Source: Girardia tigrina
Taxonomy: Eukaryota
Direction: 5' to 3'
Length of the DNA: 55,677 bases
Assembly (NCBI GenBank): GCA_001938485.1
Contig: MQRK01223189.1
Location: 1-55,677 of the forward strand
This document shows, piece by piece, positions 39,078 to 50,880 of the stretch. The notes below the pieces were generated by a model. It was not told where the DNA came from and did no database searches. It saw only the letters and a program-made list of their open reading frames with translations. The translations under genes were made by a program, and so were the position numbers. The first letter of the stretch is position 1, and each line of letters begins with the position of its first letter.

Positions 39078-41669
39078 TAAATAAACTTACTTTTAGATTA
39101 AATGATATGTGAGAATAAAATTTCAAAACAAGTAAAAACAATTGATGTGTCTTTGGGAAAATTGGACATTTATAAATCACAAACAAAATATAATAACAAA
39201 CCAATTTGACAACTAAAATTAATAAGAGAATGTGAAAGGAAAAATTCATTAAATTCAGTCAAATGTCATTTGAAAATTGATAATATTTCAATGAGAATGT
39301 TTTATGTATTTTTGAACAAAAAATGGAATATTTAATTGCATTTATGAGACAATATTTATTTAACTTCTCGGTCTATGGAAAGAAAGTTAATTCTAGTGTT
39401 CAGAATATTGATGGTCTACTCCGTCATTCAGTTTCGCCAATCTTTGAGAAGTAAATTAAACACTCGGATATAAATATATATTTTGTTAAGATTTAATGAG
39501 AGTTTGTGATAAAGAAGGAAAACGCTCTTTTGTAAAAATATTTACAGAAAATGTTTCGCCATTAAAGTATCATCAGTTGTGAAGAGTTTTAAAAAATATA
39601 AGTCAATTATGCCATATTTTATCAATAAAGTTCGATTTATTTTGAATATAAACTCCTTTAGGTTTGTGAAATTTGGAAATAAATATTATTGTTTGTCATT
39701 AACAGTCTCAGCATCAATAATGGCTTGAATATTTTGTCAGGGTTTGGATGGTAAATCTAAATACTTCTAAGGAAACATAGCAGTATTTTGCATTTGAAAT
39801 TTTCATGATATTTTTCTGGGCATTAAAAAAGAAATTCATGGACGACTTCTTAAAATTTATGAATGAACCACGTAAGAATGTGGAATTTTAATGAAAAAAT
39901 AGCTTGATTTGTGATTACATTTTAAATTTAAAACCGATTTAAGCTTAATTTTGACTAAATTCACAATTGTAAGAAGAAAATAGCCCGTCAAGAGAAAATA
40001 GTCACCGAAAATATAATAATGTATTTTAAACCATGCTTAAATGTCGAAAGTGATCGGTCCAATCAAATTTAAGATTTTAAAATTGATTAATTACATAATA
40101 GTTGACATGACATGTAAATGATTTGTAATTTTGACAAGTGTTCACCATTGATAATGCATGATAATGGCAATATATGTTCTGGAAAGTAATTTTTTAAGAA
40201 ATGACGTCCTATTTTTTATTATGTATAATTTCAGCAACAACAAATAATGATTTATTTCAACGAAAAAATAATGATTTTTAAAATCAAGAATATTCAAACA
40301 AAATAATGTTCATTCTACATCTCCCCCAGATTCGACAGAATCTATATCGTCCCATGAGACGTAGTCCTGAAATTTCTTCGAAGGTCGATGCTCTCGAACA
40401 ACTGATTCCGCGTCGACTGGAATCGTGGTGGTATGTTCACTCGGTGATTCGTCTGGACGAAAAGGATAATCAATCAGCTCCGAGACAATCAACTCGGATC
40501 GCGGTCTGTGGTCGGCGACATGACGCAAAGAATCGACGTTTCTGATGGAGACAAGAAATTTAACAGGACTAATCACTTCTTTGATGACTCCTTCTGTCCA
40601 TTTTTCACTACAACACTGGATCTAATTTGGTTTAACCCAAACCTTTTCTCCCACTCTAAATTTAGATGAACAAATGGTTCCCTTACTTGCTTGATCGGTT
40701 AAGTTAACGATCAACTTCAATCAAGGCTTATACCCATACAGGAATTTAACTGGTGGACTATTGTTTATTCTGGGGGTGGTTTTCATCCAGTAAACCGCTT
40801 CCTGGATCCCTTTTCCAGCTCTCGTGGCTAACGCCTTAACGGTCCGGTGATTTCTTTCGATAATACCATTCCCGCTCGGTCTATTCACGGCTCGATACAC
40901 GACATTGATATTCCAGGCCTTCATCTCAGCAGTAAAAGCTTCGGAATGGAAAGACGAATAATTATCTACTAATAACTCGGCAGGGGCTCCACGTTCGAAA
41001 AATACATATCTCAGATTCTTGATAACTTCATGTGCTCCTTCGTCTCTGATGAGTCTCCAAATTGCAAATCTCGATGGCCCACAGTCAATGATGGTGAAGT
41101 ACCTGGACTCCTCGAACTTTGTGACATCAATTGCTATTATTTTTTAAGTTTCAGCGACATCCAAACTCCCTTTTTCTCATCGAACGGGTGCTGGGTATAT
41201 AGATTGACATCGATTACACTGAAGAATGATTTGCCAAATTTTTTCATCGCTGATGTTAACGTTAAATTCCTTCGCCAAAAAATTGATCTCTGGAGTCCCA
41301 TGGAATCGGTCGGCCCTTTCTCTATCACAATCATCAACTGCAACGCAATCCATTTTCTCACAACCAAAAAGCGCTTCTTTATCAATTTTCACATGCCCCA
41401 GCTGTTGGATCACGTCGAGACCAACGATGGCGTTATACTCCGGCAGCAATTTATCAATAATCAAACCCCACGTAATGCATTTGACATTACCGATTACCAC
41501 CTTAAACTTAGTCTCTGAGGCTTGCACTTTACTACCATCCATCATTGTGATCCACCTGTTGAATTTCTTCGGTGCACCAACGACAGTGGTTCTAGACGCG
41601 CCAGAATCAATTAACGGATCAACTTCACGACCGTTTATAATAAGAGACATGGTAATTAAGTTCGCTCCA

Positions 41670-41716
41670 GGAGTACATCCGGCCACTACTGCGACGTACT
41701 CCGGTCCCCGTTTCCC
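41670..41716 (-). promoter_or_regulatory. -1 programmed ribosomal frameshift signal (gag-pol)
   Basis: G GGA AAC heptamer in the gag frame, 7-nt spacer, 10-bp stem GGAGUACGUC/GAUGUACUCC; the pol ORF is in the -1 frame. Confidence 0.8.
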
Positions 41717-42481
41717 GCATGACAATTTCTGGCAGAATAACCATTACCATTACATGATTTACATTTTAGCGCGTTCCTCAACTCGTAGACAAAATGGCCT
41801 TTCTGGGGGCATTTAAAGCACCTGACGTTGGACTTTGAAAACGGTGAGGAGCCTTTCAAACGGTTTCCTTCCGCCGATCTGACCTCACTGTCATCAGGTT
41901 CATGTGACCTAGCATGGGCTTTAGCCTTGCCAGAATTGAAACCACCACGCTCTCCCGAGATGTTAGGTCGAGACGCGACCATTGATAAGTCCGTTAGACC
42001 GCTCCTTTCGACCTTCAGCAGCTCCCTGACCAGCGTCAGCATCTCCGAGAGCGATGTAACCTGGCTTCGTCTGATCTCCCTCTTGACATTCGCCGGCAGG
42101 CCATTGTAAAAGGCACGTATGGGTAAATTTTAAATAGGTCGAGCAATTTAATCAATTTCAGTGCAATACTCGTCGACAGTCTCACCGACTTTCAATTTAC
42201 GATCCAACAACTGCTTAAAAGTGCCGAACTCATCTACATCGAACGATTAAATTAAAACTGACATTACTTGCTCGCAGCTTCTTTACTTCTCTTCGATATT
42301 TTCGTAGATCTTGAATACCGCTCCCTCGAGGATTAACGGTAAGATTTTAGCCAACTTTTTGGGATCGGAAATTCCCTGACATCCGGCAATGATTTCGAAC
42401 TTAGTTCTCCATTCTCTAATTGGAGTCGACTTTCCGGCGAATCGAGGAATAACGGTCAATAACATTTTTAGATCTTTATTT

Positions 42482-42493
42482 GCCCGGATAGCT
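42482..42493 (-). other. Primer-binding site complementary to tRNA-Lys(UUU) nt 1-12
   Basis: AGCTATCCGGGC abuts the 5' LTR end; its complement GCCCGGATAGCT is the conserved 5' end of animal tRNA-Lys(TTT), from recall. Confidence 0.72.
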
Positions 42494-43859
42494 TGTAATT
42501 CCAGCAACAACAAAAAATGATTTATTTCAACGACAAAAGAATGATTTTTAAAATCGAGAATATTCAAACAAAATAATATGTCTCATTCTACATTATGTAT
42601 CTTGAATGACTATATAAATATTTATAACAGAATCATATATGATTTGATGTTTTTTTAATTGTTTGAAAAGAAATTATTATACTAAAATCTTTTTTTCAAA
42701 TAAACTTTATTAAAAGACAAATAGGCCGACAAAATAATAGTTTCAAATGGATACGATCAAAAGAGAACAAATTTAAATTTATCAAAGACTTTTTCTTATT
42801 TCTTTTACAATTTTACCTCAAATAATTCAGAGGTGAAGTAATGAAAAGGCTGAAAAGAACTGTAATTTTAAAAGGATTATAAAAATTGTTAAAAAAATAA
42901 TGGATATATTTTAATTAGGATAATAAAATATTTAAAAAGATTAATTGAAAAAGTGGGTTTTCCTGTACTATTTAAATTTTACTAATTGATTGTACTATGG
43001 GTATGGGGTTCGATATTGTAATAGAAAACCTGCAGTCCTGAATACAATAGTCTCTGCTCGGCTACCAATACCTAATAAATAATTAATATTACTCTCAATT
43101 GTTATACTTATTCGGTCAATGATATTAGAATAAATCATACTCTTTTAGTTAGCAATACAACGCAATCAGAATTTATATATGATATTAATAAACATTCCTT
43201 ATGAAATCTTTTCTTGATACAAACTTTAGTTTAAAGAATAGACATACAATCATTGTTCGTTACAACCAGAAAACAATAACCTTCCTTCCTCGATATTGAA
43301 CGGCTTCTGAACTTAAATCTTATATTTTAGTAACAAATTATTATAATTAACATATTATTTTTTATTATTTTCACATTAAAAAAACATTTTATTTATCAAA
43401 ATATAAGGGAAATAGAGCGTTGTAACCAACTGTCGGACTTAATTCCACATTAGCTTGTTTTGAAATGTGGTACAGGTTATTTTCCATTGATGCATTCGCT
43501 TTAGATCATTATTTTAAGGATAAGTGATAAGTCAATAAAAATTAAGTAAAATTTTGTCATTTTTAATAGTATTAAATACCTTTTATTAAATTTGCCTTAT
43601 TAAATACGTTGAACAATATGTTCCCGTAGTTTTCGTTGAAAAAAAAGTTTGCGTAAAATTAAATAAACATTTTCTTCAATGTTCACAACCCATGGTCAAT
43701 TTGTTGAAGTTTTTTTTGAAGAACGAATACAGAAAAAGCCGTTAAGCCAGTTTTCGAGGTTCTTTTTATTGTCAAAGGTAAGTCCGCTCATTTGGTTCGA
43801 CAGTGACAAAAATATACTGTAGTGATGTTTTATTCCTAGCTAAAAATAGCTGTCGTTTC

Positions 43860-43995
43860 AGGAATAGTGGATCGAAATTATCACACTTGAGCGAGGAATT
43901 CCCAGTAAGTAAAAGTCACTAACTTGTGCTGATTACGTCCCTGATCTTTGTACATACCGCCCGTCGCTACTATCGATTGAATGGTTTAGTGAGAT
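43860..43995 (+). pseudogene. 18S rRNA 3'-region fragment (decayed)
   Basis: CGAGGAATTCCCAGTAAGT...GATTACGTCCCTG.TCTTTGTACA(T)ACCGCCCGTCGCTACTA.CGATTGAATGGTTTAGTGAG, with substitutions in universally conserved positions. Confidence 0.9.
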
Positions 43996-45254
43996 TTTGA
44001 TGATATTATTTTATTTTAAATATTATTCGGTAATATTTTTTACAAATAATAAATTATTAATTACTAATAGTTATCATGGAAGATTTAAACATATACAATT
44101 ATAATTTTTTATAAATTCCTATCATCGAATGTTTATTCAAATAATATGTAATTAATGGAATTATCAAAAATAATCATATTAATTATTAGAATAAAATGAT
44201 TAATAAATTAATTTAGAATTTTTACCATCAATATAAAAAAAATAATTAAAATGTGAAAATAAGTAATTTTATATTATATTTAACGTTAATTAGAATGAAA
44301 ATGACTTATTCCAATTTTGTAAATAGAATCGAAAGTTTCGAAATTAAAGTAAATTTGCTTTCCTTGTTTTGCTTTAAAAGAATTTTCCATTGTAAATTTA
44401 ATTTTTAATTCTTTTTTGAGATTATGTTGAAAAAATATGCTTAAATAGGAAATAAAATTTCATTTTAATTTGATTAAAAATTTATTTATTGGAGACAAAC
44501 TGTCCAAAAATTTTAATAATATTAAAATAAAATATTAAAATAAAAAAAATTAAAAATTATTATTAGAATATTATTAAATCCAAATTTTCCCAATTAATAG
44601 GAATTTTTACTGAAGAAATTCAAATGATTTGAATATCGTTTCACTGAATAAAAAACAAGTTAGATTTTCATAAATCGGTTTTCTTATTTATCTGTTAATT
44701 CCAAAAAAAATAAATGAAGAGATAAAATCTTTTGCGAGATATTTCGAAGAGACGAAATTAGTTTCTAATCGTCAATGGTCGCTACAAATTTTAATTTAAA
44801 GTAATGGCAGAGATTAAAAATTACGCTTCATTTGATTCACTAATTAATTGGATTTACCGAAATGGAGCCATAGGAATGACACATACTTCAAGATATTATT
44901 ACCTTTATCATTTTTGGGTTTTGAACTCTAAATTCATTTTTTGCATCAAATTCATAATTTTGAATTACAAATTTATACATTTAGGAAATTTAAATTTTTA
45001 AATTTAAAAACATTTGTTTAGTTTCAATATTTGTCACAAAATTAGAAATTTTAAAGTTAATTATTTGTTTAAATTTAAAAATTTAAATAAAATACAGAAC
45101 GAATAGTTTGTCTACTGGAGAATCAAGTTCATTGCCGCAAGAAAAAAGTCGCAGAAATTTACCTATACCAAAATCTTCAAGTTATTCGGAAATTTCACAG
45201 CAAAGACATTCACTTATATTTTGTAAGAAACTTTATGCTAAAATAGGTTTACAG

Positions 45255-46680
45255 TAAGGCATGCAGAACCGTACATTTTTTTCAAACCCGGGTTTCCGTT
45301 GCTGAATTTATTGAAAACCGGGTTCCCGGTTCCGACCCGTTCTGAGAAAAGCTGAAAAAAGGTAGATATTTTAAATAAATATTTAATTTATTATCAAACA
45401 AAAAAAATACAAAGAACAGTTATCAATTATTTATTTTCCGATTTAAAATGTGATTTCAAAAAGGATAACATATCCAGTGTGTCATCGTTCAAGGATGATC
45501 TTATTTATGGTACAATATGTCCACACCCAGCGAAAACTCGTTCTGACTCTACACTTGCCAGTTTTATTGAATTTAAATTATTGTAACATCTTTCGAGGTG
45601 TACCCCTCGGCTACCTTCGACCTCAAAAATTGAAATTTCGTTTTTGATTATGTTTGTAATACTTTTGGATGTTCGGTTTTTAGCAATAATTTTACAATTG
45701 TTATCCTTTTCTATGGCATTGTCTAGTCTTTCTCGTAAGCTCATGTTACGGTTATCTTCGTGAATGACTTCGTCTTGCGATTCAGAATCAGATAAGTTGT
45801 TTTTATCGGACAATTTTGATACCTGAATTGCCATATATGTAATAGTTGCCTTGGATAAACGTTCAAATTTTAGCTATGGATATAAATCGGCATATTCTTG
45901 GTTTTGTTTGTTCAAGAATTGCAACAAACTTGATGCGCTTGTTCGTCGCTCGTTTATTCGTATCGCAAGCGATTTCTTTACTACCCACATTGTTCAACAT
46001 GAATGAAATTGTTGTATCAGCAGAAAGTAATGTTGCATCGAGACGACATAATGCATCGACACCTAATTTCACTGGTTCAAGTGTCGTTGCCAAATTGTGA
46101 ATTTTACAAAATTCGTCTTCTTCAAATGACCAGTTTGACTTCAGATCAATTAAAGCTTTGAGCGTACAGCTTTTAAGTTCAATAAATCGTTGTAACATTA
46201 AGTAGAGACTATTCCAACGCGTCTTTATGTCAATTATCAAGTGAATTTCTTTTCCAAACTCTTCTTTTACATATTTTTGTAGCAGATCATTTTATTAGTG
46301 GGTGATTTTCGGAATAATTTTACTACAAACCTGACCTTTTTGATCATTGAAGGGAATTCAGTCACCAGTTCCGGCTCAACCGCAATATTTTTAACTTGAA
46401 GTTCATCGTCCGACTCAGAATTAACGTGAGATTCATCGCACGAGTAAGAATTATTGTCACTAACATCAATTTGTTCATTCCGTAAATATTTTGGCTTTTT
46501 GTACAACACATCAGTAACTGCCAGATTAACTGTATGGGCGAAGCAAAGTTGATGTTCGCAAGAAAGTAATTTTCAAACTTTTTGAATCACTGAGGCACCG
46601 TCAGTTGTGACATATAACGTTTTCATGCAAATTGAGTCCATAAATTTCCAATCTCTTCCCCTAAATATCATTTGTTTATT
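45255..46680 (-). mobile_element. hAT transposase pseudogene, 3' portion with one terminus
   Basis: TTDGAS, CFAHTVNLAV, DIKTRWNSLYLML, SVESERVF; subterminal AACCCGGG/AACCGGG repeats at 45255-45340. Confidence 0.9.
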
Positions 46681-46689
46681 GTTTCATTA

Positions 46690-47415
46690 ATTGTTATAAA
46701 TAAGCTTTTCATATTGTGATGAGAAAAAGGAAATAAAAATACGATTGAAACAAACCGAATATTTTAGGTCGGAGATAAAGTCTTGATAAAAAAAGTTAAC
46801 CCAACAAAAGATGATGACCGTTATATGGGACCAGCTAAATATATAAAGCAAAGACACGAAAGAAGTTCTGAGATACAACTAGATGACTGCAGAATCTTGA
46901 TCAGAAATGTAGAATGGCTAGAACCATTTGTTCCGAGGGGGATGTGAGGAATATTTTAAATTGTTTGAATGTGTATATGTATTGATGCTGTATGTTGATT
47001 TAAGTATGTTGAACTCAGAAATATGATTCTCCCACCCAGATGGAAATTTTTAAATTTAAAGTGATTGACTATTCGAACATAATTAAAATAATAATTTGAT
47101 AAGTTCATATTTTTAAAATTAACAATTAAAATTAAGTTTAATATTTTTAATAAAATTTAAATTTCATTCAGTTTCAATAATTTGATAACATTTTTATCAA
47201 GAAATGGTTTAAATTATTGTTTTTAATTATTGTTTTTAAAAATTAAATATTTAATAACGATTTTAAAATTTTGTTCGAATAATCATGATTAAAAAAAGAA
47301 ATAATAAAACCAATTAGTAAGATGTCAAACGATGAAAGACTTTCTGACAGTTGTAATGACTCTAATTGTGATAGTAATAAAAATTCAAATGAGACTTATG
47401 TCAATGTTCTTAATA
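46690..47415 (+). mobile_element. Gypsy 3' end: integrase C-terminus, PPT and 473-bp 3' LTR (family A; LTR 46943-47415)
   Basis: VGDKVLIKKVNPTKDDDRYMGPA...LIRNVEWLEPF; PPT GAGGGGGA directly before TGTGAGG. Confidence 0.85.
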
Positions 47416-49259
47416 TGCGACAAGGAAGATTCATTAAGAGTCAAATTCCAATTATGGCATGAATGAAAGATCCTGATGAAGTGACACTTATCGAGAAAAC
47501 ACGGATATTATGGCAAGAGACAAGAAAGACCGATGGCGGCATGATGTTAGTGATCAGATAGGGATATTATCAGTACATATAAGAGATTCTCGGACAAATT
47601 TTGTGTCTCGTTTTACACGGTTACATTTGATATGAATTTTCCAGAAAGACGTCTGTAGTATAAATCATGGGATGTCTTGAAAATAACTTATTTATTAAAT
47701 ATATTTGTTTATTTTATAGCAACATTTCATTTACATAAAATAAAGAATATTTAAATTTAAAAAGTTCTTAATAAATGCAAAAATCTTAAAATTTTTTCCC
47801 ATTATATTATGTCCAATATTTTTATTTTCATCGGATTTTTATTGTTGAAAATTACCATTTTATAAAGGCAAATGTCTGAGAATCTTGAGAGATGTTTGAG
47901 ATTAATCAGTTTAAATAATCGGTCTTTAAGAAAGAATTGCTTTTAAATGCGACTCTGATTAACAATTTGAATGTAAAACAAACCAAACTTTTAATAATGA
48001 ATTAAAGACCTATCGTAATACTTAATAGTTACATAAAATTAAATATCAGGAAAAAAATCCATGACTTAACTAAACTTAATTGTCACTTGAAAAGTCTTGG
48101 ATTTTAAGGAAAACAAAATTATGAAACTAAATTAAAAAAGACTACAATGGCAAATGAAAAAGATTAATTAGTAATTGTACTTTTAATACATGAAGAACAA
48201 CACGTTGCAGGCCCTGACGTCGTATGTCCCATTTTCAACATTATGCTATATATGCGGTACTTTCATATGGAGTATTCATAGCACCGGAATAGTACCTTAT
48301 ATCAATAATAAAAAACTTTTTAATTTATCTATTTCCATTAATAGAAGATTTGATTAAAAATTGAACTTTTATGAAACACCTGGTGCCCATCGCATGTTAA
48401 AGTAAGTCAGAAGAATAAAAGTATGATAATTCTTTCAAAAGTAATCTTAATACGAGACATGGAATTTATACACATGTGATTCATGAGTTTATTTCTTGCC
48501 ATTTCTACCGCTTCTGACAAATAAAGAGGTACCTAAAGGAGTAATGGAACGTTTCGTGGATCACCAGTCACCAGATATTTGTAAAAAATGACATGTGAAC
48601 ATATTTAGCGTTAGAAAACATGAGTGTAAATGATTCATTAGTTGCACAATGATGTTAACTAAAGCAATATGTTTTTGATGAAACTTTTGGTGTTTCTGTT
48701 TACCTTTTATTTAGTTTGGAGTATAGTGGGGGCTTCACTCAACAGTTGATTTTGGACGTTGAAAGATATATGATTGATAATAATGTTAATCATTTATCTA
48801 ATTTTTGAGAATTAATAGATAATTGACTTACAAGAATTCTCTCACTGACCACCTGAGTACAACTGAACTATTATAGTTCTTTGATGTAAAGAAACAAAAA
48901 AAACAAAAGCTCATTAACTGCACTACACGTTTTTGGAAACAGTAAAACTAGTGATCAAGTCAAGAATGTCATCCCGATCTGGGCTCATGATAAACAAACA
49001 GTTTACCATATATGGAGACTTAATGAACATTGAAGAGTACATTATTATTGCTAGATTGATGAAAGTCATAGTCCGTCAATTGAAATATAATTCTGTTTTC
49101 ATTCAGTTTGGAAATACCAATCGTATTTTTGTCGTATATACCTCCTATATATCCTATATCTCCTTCAGTCTCAGTCGGTATATAAATCGTACAATGGGAA
49201 TCATGACATCCGTCCCGGTTCTTCGTTTGGCTGAAACTTTCAAACGCGAATCATTTCTT

Positions 49260-50880
49260 GTTCTAAGATTGGATGTTTGATACCATGTTTCATTTTATCT
49301 GTTAAATTAATAAGTTTTAAATATCTTCATTATTGAGAAACCATGGACCAATTAGTCCTCCAATAAAGACAAATAAGTTGACTTCATAACCAGGAAGTGC
49401 CCCCTTAATCATTTCCTTTAAGGGAGTATAGTGATTTATGTTCCTCTCATCAGTATATTCAATTGAATCTATTGCATCAATTGAACAACTAAAATCAATA
49501 AGGTGAAAATCGTCCAGCAACAAACTATTTCATTCATTTAACATAATGAGAATTAGAAATGCAAAATCTGGGAGCAATTTAATAATTGCTGTCGGTATTT
49601 AAATAAAATAATATCAACATATTCATAATCGTCAATCGATTGCCGGATATGGAATGTAAAGTCCTGGTTTTACCAGCGGAACTCAAGTTGAATACAGTGA
49701 ATTTTATTTTAATTTTACAATACCATGTGGCATTCTATTCTACAAGAAGTCGCATTAGCAAATATTTGTAGTCATTTTAGATATATTATAGGTTTCAGTC
49801 ACAGTAGAGTCTTCATAATCCCGAGGAGATTGAACCTAAAAATACAGATTATGTTGTTATGTTTTCGATGAGTTTATCCTATAAAAGGAATTACTTATCG
49901 TTTGTAGTAAAATACTTCTCAAAAAGAAAATCGAAGTCTTAAAAATAGAAATTTCAATTGGATAGAAAAGGAGTAATGTTTTGATAACCACAAATGTGAA
50001 CATGTAAAGAAAAAACTAGTCACAGATATGTAAGAAGGAGATAAAGGTGTTAAGAAACGGATAGACAAGTTTCAAATGTAGGTAGCAGTGACAGACATGG
50101 ATTATTTGGTTTAGGTAAAGATCGGATTTTGAAATAACGTTAATGTATTTTATGTTTTATGTGAGGTACTTAGTAATTGGTCTTCTTTAAGACGGGTATT
50201 TTTCTTTTAAATGAAATGTGGAAAACATTCAATGAAGACATTCTGGTGTGAGTTATATGTAAAGTTGAGGTAAATGCAATGCGATGGTTGAAAAAATACA
50301 TTCCAAAACCTTTGATAAAGTCCGTTGAAATATTAACTAATAACTGAAATGAAGTATCGATGTTGACACAAATGGAAATTTCGTCAGTATATACCATTCA
50401 AAGTGTACGCCTGGAATCTAATAGGACACGACTATTTTTGAATTACTCAAGTTTAACAAGTAGTGGATCCATCCCAATATTGAACCTTAGCATAAAAAGC
50501 GGACATACTTTCAAAAGAGGTGAAGCTTCGTTAATACATATTACTTTACTGCAGGAAACCACGATATGATTTTTTTTATCAGATCAGAGAGTTCTGATCA
50601 AAATCCCTATACATGAGCGTTTGGTTAATATAATCAACAGATATGGTGTCAAATAATGATTTCATATCCATAAAGTTGGGATAGAGAAATTCACCCATAT
50701 AGTTTTTGCAGTAATCAATAATAACCTATACATAGACATTGTGGTCGGTACAGGAATTAGATGGACCCATACTCTTTTGAAGTGGATGTAGACGCCCATT
50801 TAACTTCATCAAATAAGGCTTTTGTGAGCAATGTATATTTGTGAGGAATTTAAAAGGCCATTCCAATAGTGATATACCAC
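49260..50880 (-). mobile_element. Decayed RLE-clade (R2/NeSL-like) non-LTR retrotransposon
   Basis: PDFAFL followed by LIDFSCSID...HYTPL...YEVNLFVFIGGLIGPW (ORF 49317..49523, restriction-like endonuclease); broken RT-like peptides upstream. Confidence 0.6.

Larger units (their letters stand above)
40224..42592 (-). mobile_element. Compact Gypsy (Mag-like) LTR retroelement: gag-PR-IN without RT/RNase H
   Basis: LTRs 40224-40319 and 42494-42592 (6 substitutions, 2 indels); TSD TTATG; PPT GGGGGAGA; gag from ATG 42465 with two zinc knuckles; protease LIDSGAS; integrase IAIDVT/LVDN/IIE (D,D35E), IIDCGPSRF. Confidence 0.93.

Noticed and set aside
41046-41060. CTGATGAG hammerhead-like cores here, at ~16669 and at ~47474
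   Set aside because: No properly closed stem II-GAAA and stem I/III; the first lies in integrase coding sequence.
41030-42109. Long + strand ORFs antisense to gag/PR/IN
   Set aside because: Shadow ORFs of GC-richer coding sequence with no recognisable motifs.
40600-42300. In-frame stops suggesting an alternative genetic code or readthrough
   Set aside because: They are mixed TGA/TAA/TAG at different expected residues, consistent with AT-biased decay; the ankyrin exons read in the standard code.
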